DNA of 64,000 bases from Candidatus Omnitrophota bacterium. GTDB lineage: Bacteria > Omnitrophota > Gorgyraeia > Gygaellales > Profunditerraquicolaceae. The position numbers were made by a program, and so were the translations under genes. The notes under the pieces are model-generated. The model searched no databases, was not told where the DNA came from, and saw only the letters and a list, made by a program, of their open reading frames with translations. Shown here piece after piece: positions 57,598 to 64,000 of the stretch; within the stretch, counting starts at the first letter, position 1; the number at the start of each line of letters is the position of its first letter. The stretch is taken from NCBI GenBank assembly GCA_003598025.1, contig QZKH01000006.1:247930-311929 (forward strand). The letters run 5' to 3'.

Positions 57598-57787
57598 GAG
57601 AAGACATTCCAAATCACGCGGCAGAAAACGCCGTACACATTGGAAATTAAAAAAGCAGAATTTGATACCTTGCCCGCAATGCAAGCAGCCAAAACCTGCG
57701 CATCAAGTCTGTAAACAATGTGGATATTATTCCGGGCACCAGGCTATTGAAATCAAAATAAAAGAAGAAACAAAGAAGAAGGGTTAA
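57584..57787 (+). CDS. rpmF: 50S ribosomal protein L32
   Basis: 'PKRRHSKSRGRKRRTHWKL' with the C4 zinc ribbon 'CPQCKQ...CKQCG'. Confidence 0.85.
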   Translation: MPLPKRRHSKSRGRKRRTHWKLKKQNLIPCPQCKQPKPAHQVCKQCGYYSGHQAIEIKIKEETKKKG

Positions 57788-57792
57788 ATATC

Positions 57793-58800
57793 ATGAGAAT
57801 AGTTGTTGATGCTATGGGCGGTGATCATGCACCTGATGTCGTAGTCGAAGGTGCTATTGCTGCCGTAAACGAATACGACAACGTCAAAGTCATACTCGTT
57901 GGCGATGAATCAAGAATTGGCCCGTTGCTTAAAAAGGCCAAATTTGACCCTAACAGGATTGAGGTAAAACATTGCAGCGAAGTTATAGAGATGCATGAAT
58001 CTCCTGCAGCAAGCGTCAGGCGTAAAAGAGATTCTTCAATAGTGGTAGGATTAAATCTGGTCAAGGAGGCTAAAGGAGATGCTTTCTTTAGTGCCGGCAA
58101 CACAGGGGCAGTCGTGTGCGCGGCAACCCTAAGCCTGAGAATGTTGCCCGGGATAGAACGCCCGGGTATAGCTATAGTGACCCCAACCCTTAAAGGCATT
58201 TCTTTGATAATAGACGTAGGGGCCAACATTGATGCTAAGCCGATACAATTATTACAGTATGCAGTCATGGCAGATGCCTATTACAGGTATATACTTAATA
58301 AAGATAATCCCAGCGTAGGCTTATTGAATATAGGAGAGGAAGAAAGCAAGGGAACGGATTTTGTCAAGGAAACATTTGAATTGCTTGAGAAGAGCAATCT
58401 GAATTTTATCGGTAATGTTGAAGGAAAAGACCTGTTTTCCGGCAAAAGTGACATAATCGTATGTGACGGATTTGTTGGCAATGTTGCCTTGAAAGTATCG
58501 GAAAGCCTGGCAGAGGCGATGCAGGAATTTCTCAAGAAACACCTTTTAAGCACATTAATAGGAAAGTTGGGTGTTGTATTGCTGAAAAGCAGCCTGATGA
58601 GATTCAAGAAAGAGATCGATTATTCTGAATATGGAGGGGCCCCATTGCTGGGTGTTGACGGAGCGGTTATAATCGGCCACGGGCGTTCTAACGTTAATGC
58701 CATTAAGAATGCAATAAGGGTTGCCGAAGAAGAGGTTGACCGCAGGTTTAATGAGAAAATAATAGAGGCGCTTTCAAAAACTGATAACAAGGTAACTTAA
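57793..58800 (+). CDS. plsX: Phosphate acyltransferase PlsX
   Basis: 'MRIVVDAMGGDHAP', 335 aa. Confidence 0.9.
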   Translation: MRIVVDAMGGDHAPDVVVEGAIAAVNEYDNVKVILVGDESRIGPLLKKAKFDPNRIEVKHCSEVIEMHESPAASVRRKRDSSIVVGLNLVKEAKGDAFFSAGNTGAVVCAATLSLRMLPGIERPGIAIVTPTLKGISLIIDVGANIDAKPIQLLQYAVMADAYYRYILNKDNPSVGLLNIGEEESKGTDFVKETFELLEKSNLNFIGNVEGKDLFSGKSDIIVCDGFVGNVALKVSESLAEAMQEFLKKHLLSTLIGKLGVVLLKSSLMRFKKEIDYSEYGGAPLLGVDGAVIIGHGRSNVNAIKNAIRVAEEEVDRRFNEKIIEALSKTDNKVT

Positions 58801-58801
58801 T

Positions 58802-59779
58802 ATGAAAAAAGTGGGAATAATAGGGTTAGGCGAATATTTGCCTAAGCGCGTGCTTACCAATGCCGATCTTGAAAAGATGGTTGATACTTCCGATGAATGG
58901 ATAACTACCCGTACCGGAATCAAAGAGAGAAGGATCGCTGACAAGGGTGAGGCAACCAGTGATATGGCCACTAAGGCGGCCAAGGAAGCATTAAAAGAAG
59001 CAAAGCTTAAGGCCCAGGATTTGGAGTTGATAATAGTGGCAACTATTACGCCAGATATGTTTTTCCCTTCTACTGCGTGTTTTGTCCAGGCAAATCTTGG
59101 CGCTAAGAATGCTGTTTGCTTTGATATATCCGCAGCTTGTTCAGGATTTGTGTATGCGCTTATTACTGCCCAGCAATTTATTGCCAGAGGTGCGTATAAA
59201 AACGCTTTAGTAATAGGTGCAGAAGCGCTTTCCTGTGTAACCGACTGGACAGACCGTAACACCTGCGTTCTGTTTGGTGACGGAGCTGGTGCCGCGGTGA
59301 TTTCAGAAGTAAATTCAGGCGGGATAATTTCTTTTTATTTAGGCAGTGACGGTTCATATACGGATTTATTGATGATACCCGGAGGCGGTTCCAGGAATCC
59401 TGTCAGCAGCAAAACTGTCTCAAACCGGCTCCATTATATAAAAATGCAGGGTAACGAACTTTTTAAGATAGCTGTAAAAACGATGACGGAAGCGGCTAAG
59501 GTCGCAATTGAAAAAGCCGGCCTTAAGCCTTCTGATATTGATCTGGTTATACCGCATCAGGCAAACGTGCGTATAATATTGGCTATGGCCAAAAGGCTGG
59601 AGTTTCCAGAAGACAAGATTTATTTGAATATAAGTAAGCGCGGCAATATTTCTTCTGCTTCTACTATTACGGCCCTGTGCGAAGCGGCTAAAGAAGGCAG
59701 AATAAAGAAGGGTGATTATATACTTTTGGATGCTTTTGGCGCAGGCCTGGTTTGGGGTGCCTGCGTGATCAAGTGGTGA
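58802..59779 (+). CDS. fabH: 3-oxoacyl-ACP synthase III
   Basis: Active-site 'AACSGF' and the His/Asn blocks, 325 aa. Confidence 0.9.
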   Translation: MKKVGIIGLGEYLPKRVLTNADLEKMVDTSDEWITTRTGIKERRIADKGEATSDMATKAAKEALKEAKLKAQDLELIIVATITPDMFFPSTACFVQANLGAKNAVCFDISAACSGFVYALITAQQFIARGAYKNALVIGAEALSCVTDWTDRNTCVLFGDGAGAAVISEVNSGGIISFYLGSDGSYTDLLMIPGGGSRNPVSSKTVSNRLHYIKMQGNELFKIAVKTMTEAAKVAIEKAGLKPSDIDLVIPHQANVRIILAMAKRLEFPEDKIYLNISKRGNISSASTITALCEAAKEGRIKKGDYILLDAFGAGLVWGACVIKW

Positions 59780-59781
59780 AT

Positions 59782-60720
59782 ATGATTAATAAGTCAGGTA
59801 TATTATTTGCAGGCCAGGGAAGCCAATATATAGGTATGGGTAAAGATTTGTATGATGCATTCCCTGATGCAAAGCGTATATTTGATGCAGCTGATGAAGC
59901 TTTGGGTTTTTCTTTGAGTAAACTTTGCTTTGAAGGCCCCCAAGCAGAGCTTACCAAGACCCAGAATTGTCAGCCGGCTATTTTGACTATGAGCATTGCT
60001 TGCTGGCAGGTCTTTATTAAAGAAACGGGTTTTGATTTATCCGGTGCTGGTTTTACTGCCGGACTGAGTTTAGGAGAATATTCGGCTTTAGTCGCAAGCC
60101 AGGCCTTAAATTTTAGAGATGCAGTAAGACTTGTAAGGCGCAGGGGCCAGTTTATGGAAGAAGAGGCTTCTAAAACCCCGGGTAAGATGGCTTCAATATT
60201 GGGTTTAGACCTCAAGCTTATAAAAGAAGTGTGTTCATCAACCGGTGTGGAGATAGCTAATATTAATTCTCCGGGGCAAATAGTTATTTCTGGTGCCGGT
60301 CAGGATATAGACAAAGCTGTGGTTGAAGCTGAAAAGAAGGGTGCCAAAAGAGCGATTTTGCTGGATGTGAGCGGAGCTTTCCATTCTTCTTATATGAAGG
60401 GTGCCGGGGTAAGGCTGGCAGCAGAACTTGATAAGGTGCAGGTAAATCCCCCCAAGATACCTGTTATAAGCAATGTAAGTGCACTGCCCGTCACCTCTAC
60501 GGAGGAGATTAAACTAAATCTGATAAAACAGGTAGCAAGCAGTGTGCTTTGGGAAGATTCTATGCGGTTTGCCATATCATCGGGCGTCTTGGATTTTTTT
60601 GAGTTTGGCCCGGGAAAGGTCCTAAAAGGTCTCATGCGCAGGATTAATGAAACTGCTAAAGTGGTTAATGTGGAGAAAAAAGAAGATATTATTAATTTAG
60701 CAGAAAAAAGGAGTTCATAA
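59782..60720 (+). CDS. fabD: Malonyl-CoA:ACP transacylase
   Basis: 'GQGSQYIGMGKDL' and 'GLSLGEYSAL' (GxSxG). The start is set at ATG 59782, just after the fabH stop; the track ORF extends upstream in an overlapping frame. Confidence 0.9.
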   Translation: MINKSGILFAGQGSQYIGMGKDLYDAFPDAKRIFDAADEALGFSLSKLCFEGPQAELTKTQNCQPAILTMSIACWQVFIKETGFDLSGAGFTAGLSLGEYSALVASQALNFRDAVRLVRRRGQFMEEEASKTPGKMASILGLDLKLIKEVCSSTGVEIANINSPGQIVISGAGQDIDKAVVEAEKKGAKRAILLDVSGAFHSSYMKGAGVRLAAELDKVQVNPPKIPVISNVSALPVTSTEEIKLNLIKQVASSVLWEDSMRFAISSGVLDFFEFGPGKVLKGLMRRINETAKVVNVEKKEDIINLAEKRSS

Positions 60721-61463
60721 TGCTTTTAAAGGATAAAGTATCCCTTATCACCGGTGGAGCAAGAGGCATAGGCCGTTCGATAGCGTTAAAGTTGGCAAAG
60801 GAAGGCTCAGACATAGTTATTTGGGATGTGAACATTGATGAAGCCAAAAATACCTGTAAAGATATCGAATCTCTCGGAAGGAAAACTCTTTACGATCAAA
60901 TAGATGTGACTAATTACGAAAAAGTTGAAGAAGGGATTAACAAAATTCTTGACAAATTTGGAAAGGTTGATATATTAATTAACAATGCAGGGATTACTAA
61001 GGATGGACTCATCCTTAGGATGTCTGCTGGTGATTGGGATGCAGTTTTGAATGTAAACCTAAAAGGCACATTTAATTGCACAAAAGCTGCTTCCAAATCC
61101 ATGATAAAAGCGCGATATGGCAAGATAGTAAATATCGCTTCGATCATTGGTATAATAGGTAATGTTGGGCAGGCTAACTATTCTGCTTCTAAGGCCGGGA
61201 TAATTGCTTTGACGAAATCAACCGCAAAAGAGTTGAGTTCCCGTAATATAAATGTCAATGCAGTTGCGCCGGGTTTTATACAAACAGAAATGACAGCGAA
61301 ATTGCCTGACGAAGTTAAGCAGAAAATGCTGACTGCTATTCCGCTGGGCAGGTTTGGTACCCCGGAAGATATTGCCGCTACATGTTTATTCTTGGCTTCT
61401 GAGGAATCAAATTATATCACCGGGCAAACGGTTATTGTTGATGGCGGGATGGTAATGGTATAA
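60720..61463 (+). CDS. fabG: 3-oxoacyl-ACP reductase
   Basis: 'ITGGARGIGRSIA', 'NAG' and 'YSASKAG' SDR motifs. Confidence 0.9.
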   Translation: MLLKDKVSLITGGARGIGRSIALKLAKEGSDIVIWDVNIDEAKNTCKDIESLGRKTLYDQIDVTNYEKVEEGINKILDKFGKVDILINNAGITKDGLILRMSAGDWDAVLNVNLKGTFNCTKAASKSMIKARYGKIVNIASIIGIIGNVGQANYSASKAGIIALTKSTAKELSSRNINVNAVAPGFIQTEMTAKLPDEVKQKMLTAIPLGRFGTPEDIAATCLFLASEESNYITGQTVIVDGGMVMV

Positions 61464-61493
61464 TTTGTGGGTAAACACAAGGAGGAAAAAAGA

Positions 61494-61733
61494 ATGTCAG
61501 TTCAAGACAAGGTTAAATCAATAATTGCTGAACAACTGGGAGTTAAGCCTGAAGAGGTTACGCCTGAGGCATCCTTTATCGATGATCTGGGCGCCGATTC
61601 TTTGGATACCGTAGAATTGGTAATGGCGTTGGAAGAAGAATTTGGCGTTGAAATACCGGATGAAGATGCCGAGAAAATAGCAACAGTCGGCGACGCAGTT
61701 AAGTACATTGAAGAAAAGACTGCTAATAAATAA
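61494..61733 (+). CDS. acpP: Acyl carrier protein
   Basis: '[20 protein letters not shown]' phosphopantetheine attachment site. The start is set at the MSVQDKV Met. Confidence 0.9.
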   Translation: MSVQDKVKSIIAEQLGVKPEEVTPEASFIDDLGADSLDTVELVMALEEEFGVEIPDEDAEKIATVGDAVKYIEEKTANK

Positions 61734-61764
61734 CGCCTTGAGATATATTAAGTTTATATAAAAT

Positions 61765-61795
61765 ACCCCGCTCGCATTTAAGCGGGGTATTTGCT
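61765..61795 (+). terminator. Rho-independent terminator after acpP
   Basis: CCCCGCT(61767-73) pairs with AGCGGGG(61781-87), loop CGCATTTA, then TATTTG. Confidence 0.6.
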
Positions 61796-61807
61796 AATGG
61801 ACAAAAA

Positions 61808-63058
61808 ATGAGCACAGATAAAAGAAGAGTTGTGGTAACAGGATTAGGGGTCGTTTCTCCTGTAGGCAATGATGTGGCTAGCTTTTGGAAGTCATTGACC
61901 GAAGGCAAATCCGGCGTAGGCAAGACTACAACGCTGGATGTATCGGCTTTTGTCAGTCAGATCGCCGGAGAAGTTAAGGGTTTTGACCTTTTACAGTATG
62001 GTTTTAATAAAAAAGACCTGCATAGAATGGAGAAGTTTGTCCAGTACGCTCTGGCCAGTTCCATACAAGCTGTTAATGATTGCGGTTTTGAACTTGATAA
62101 AATAGACAAAGAAAGAGCCGGCGTGCTTATTGGCTCCGGCATAGGAAGTTTGAGGATTATTGAAGAAGAATATAAGTTATTCCTGGAGAAGGGGCCTTCA
62201 AGAATATCTCCTTTTCTGATACCTATGCTTATAGTAAATGAAGCTTCGGGCCATGTTGGGATGAAATTCGGCTTTAAAGGCCCGAATTTATGCATAACTA
62301 CAGCATGTGCTTCTGGTTCTCATGCTATAGGAGATGCTTTCCGCATTATTCAGAACGGAGAAGCTGATATTATGATTACCGGCGGTACCGAAAGTTGCAT
62401 AACAAATCTGGGCGTCGGCGGTTTCTGCGCCTTAAAAGCTTTATCTAAAAGAAATGATGAACCGCAGAAAGCCAGCCGTCCTTTTGATGCCCAAAGGGAT
62501 GGTTTTGTTATGGCTGAGGGCTGCGGAGTTGTTGTTTTAGAGGTTTTGGAGCACGCCAAAAAGAGGGGCGCAAAAATTTATTGTGAAATTTCCGGATATG
62601 GCAGGTCTGCAGATGCCTACCATATAACTGCTCCGGACCCTGATGGCAGCGGGGCTTCTCTGGCGATGAAATGGGCGATGCGGGATGCGCAAATCGGCCC
62701 CCAAGAGATCACTTATATTAATGCACATGGGACTTCTACCAAGTTGAATGATAAGGTGGAAACCATGGCTATAAAGACGGCTTTGGGCGAACATGCCAAA
62801 AAAGTAATGGTAAGCTCAACAAAATCCATGACCGGGCATTTATTGGGGGCAGCAGGTGGTGTCGAATTCCTGGCATGTTGTTTAGCTATAAGAGATAATG
62901 TAGTCCCTCCGACGATAAATTATGAGTATCCGGATCCTGATTGCGACCTTGATTATGTGCCTAATAAAAGCCGTAAACATAAGGTTGATGTTTGCATGTC
63001 AAATTCCCTGGGATTCGGAGGCCACAACGCTACTCTTATCGTAAAGAGATTTAAGTAA
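61808..63058 (+). CDS. fabF: 3-oxoacyl-ACP synthase II
   Basis: 'TACASGSHAIGDA' active-site Cys, 'NAHGTST' His and 'GHLLGAAG'; 416 aa. Confidence 0.9.
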   Translation: MSTDKRRVVVTGLGVVSPVGNDVASFWKSLTEGKSGVGKTTTLDVSAFVSQIAGEVKGFDLLQYGFNKKDLHRMEKFVQYALASSIQAVNDCGFELDKIDKERAGVLIGSGIGSLRIIEEEYKLFLEKGPSRISPFLIPMLIVNEASGHVGMKFGFKGPNLCITTACASGSHAIGDAFRIIQNGEADIMITGGTESCITNLGVGGFCALKALSKRNDEPQKASRPFDAQRDGFVMAEGCGVVVLEVLEHAKKRGAKIYCEISGYGRSADAYHITAPDPDGSGASLAMKWAMRDAQIGPQEITYINAHGTSTKLNDKVETMAIKTALGEHAKKVMVSSTKSMTGHLLGAAGGVEFLACCLAIRDNVVPPTINYEYPDPDCDLDYVPNKSRKHKVDVCMSNSLGFGGHNATLIVKRFK

Positions 63059-63081
63059 GATGTTACATATGGCTGCTCAGG

Positions 63082-63135
63082 GTTAATTAAAGTTACAGAA
63101 TGTTGCATAAATAACTTCATGTAGCTTTAATTAAC
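63082..63135 (+). terminator. Long AT-rich stem-loop downstream of fabF (possible terminator or attenuator)
   Basis: GTTAATTAAAGTTACA (63082-97) pairs with TGTAGCTTTAATTAAC (63120-35): 16 bp with one G-U pair, an 11-bp perfect core and a 22-nt loop. TTTACGCTTT follows. Confidence 0.4.
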
Positions 63136-63167
63136 TTTACGCTTTATATAACATAACAAAATATTAT

Positions 63168-64000
63168 ATGGCATACACAATTGCAGAAAAGATACTAATC
63201 GCACATAGCGGCAAAAAAGATATTCAACACGGAGAATTCATCGAAGCCAGAGTGGATTTGGCTTTGGGCAATGATATCACTGCCCCCTTAGCCATAGAAG
63301 AATTCAGGAGGTCCGGTTTTAAGAAGGTTTTTAATCGTAACAGAATTGCTCTTGTTCCCGATCATTTTACCCCTGCGAAAGACTTAAGAAGCGCTAACCA
63401 ATGCAAGGTACTTGCTGATTTTGCAAAAGAACAAAAGATTAAAAATTATTTTGAGGTAGGATGCATGGGTATAGAGCATGCCTTATTGCCGGAAAAAGGA
63501 TTAGTTTTGCCTGGTGATTTAGTTATCGGCGCTGATTCCCATACTTGTACTTACGGGGCTTTAGGTGTTTATTCGACCGGTGTCGGGTCAACTGACTTAG
63601 CCAGGGCGTTTATCGACGGCAAAGTCTGGCTTAAAGTTGCCCCTACGGTTAAATTCGTATTCAAAGGGAGATTAAAGAAATGGGTTACCGGAAAGGACCT
63701 GATATTATATACTATAGGTAAAATCGGGGTTGACGGAGCTTTGTATAAGGTTATGGAATTTTCCGGACCTGTAATCCGGAAATTGCCGATTGATGATAGG
63801 TTCTCGATGTCAAACATGGCTATAGAAGCGGGTGCCAGGGCAGGATTGATTGAACCGGATGAGATTACTTTGGAATACGTAGAAGAGGCTATGAGGAATC
63901 AGGGGGACAAGGAATCAAGTGGTCGGGGGGCGAAGGCGATAAAAAATAAATCGAAGATACTTTATTCCGATAAAGATGCTAAGTATGATAAAGTTTACGA
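63168..64000 (+). CDS. leuC: Aconitase-family dehydratase large subunit (3-isopropylmalate/homoaconitate dehydratase, LeuC-type), 5' part; runs off window end
   Basis: Open frame from ATG 63168 to the end of the window. 'LVLPGDLVIGADSHTCTYGALG' is the aconitase-family cluster-ligand motif. Not in the ORF track because no stop codon lies within the window. Confidence 0.75.
   Translation, partial: MAYTIAEKILIAHSGKKDIQHGEFIEARVDLALGNDITAPLAIEEFRRSGFKKVFNRNRIALVPDHFTPAKDLRSANQCKVLADFAKEQKIKNYFEVGCMGIEHALLPEKGLVLPGDLVIGADSHTCTYGALGVYSTGVGSTDLARAFIDGKVWLKVAPTVKFVFKGRLKKWVTGKDLILYTIGKIGVDGALYKVMEFSGPVIRKLPIDDRFSMSNMAIEAGARAGLIEPDEITLEYVEEAMRNQGDKESSGRGAKAIKNKSKILYSDKDAKYDKVY

Noticed and set aside
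1-64000. Mobile element, prophage or defence-island signatures (integrase, transposase, RT, TA pairs, restriction-modification).
   Set aside because: None of the about 65 ORFs shows such motifs. Base composition and codon usage look uniform across the window. The repeat elements lack an associated transposase.

Overview
This 64 kb window is low-GC (about 40%), densely coding, and almost entirely on the + strand. It looks like core chromosome from a diderm bacterium (it has Lol, Lpt and Mla genes) whose gene order is strikingly Firmicutes-like.

1. Positions 1-12.9 kb: a glycan (EPS/O-antigen-like) biosynthesis locus. It holds seven glycosyltransferases (four clear GT4, three GT4-like with a variant EX7E motif), a Wzy-like polytopic membrane protein, a NodU/CmcH-type carbamoyltransferase, a B12-binding radical SAM enzyme and a PglC/WbaP-type initiating sugar transferase.

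2. Positions 13.2-19.4 kb: a HAMP-GGDEF sensor gene on the - strand, divergent from a tightly overlapping operon. The operon encodes a small membrane protein, a TPR protein, a thioredoxin-CcdA fusion, a DUF1573 protein and an HtpX protease carrying an EF-hand insertion.

3. Positions 19.6-31.4 kb: one co-directional array, lysS, lolE, lolD, ilvE, mcsA, mcsB, clpC, mlaE, mlaF, mlaD, radA.

4. Positions 31.5-46.6 kb, in order:
- yacL (PIN/TRAM), ispD, ispF, cysE, cysS, tmk, holB, ricT, metG, tatD;
- DUF362/Fe-S protein, TPR protein, mtnA, thiL, tsaE, tsaB, alr.

5. Positions 46.6-49.5 kb (- strand): lptG, lptF, comF.

6. Positions 49.8-64.0 kb, in order:
- pyrE, a HI0933-family flavoprotein, an in-frame Maf::M48-lipoprotein fusion, a secreted clan GH-A hydrolase, recG, rsmD, coaD;
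- the yceD-rpmF-plsX-fabH-fabD-fabG-acpP-fabF cluster;
- the 5' end of leuC.

I found no rRNA, tRNA, CRISPR array, transposase or integrase.

The most unusual non-coding signal is a family of composite intergenic repeats. Each has tandem GTTCATR heptads, an inverted heptad arm and a small CTGCC-N4-GGCAG hairpin. Copies sit at four loci, each directly upstream of a promoter or start codon. Two of those promoters are perfect sigma70 consensus promoters and appear to drive leaderless lysS and pyrE transcripts.
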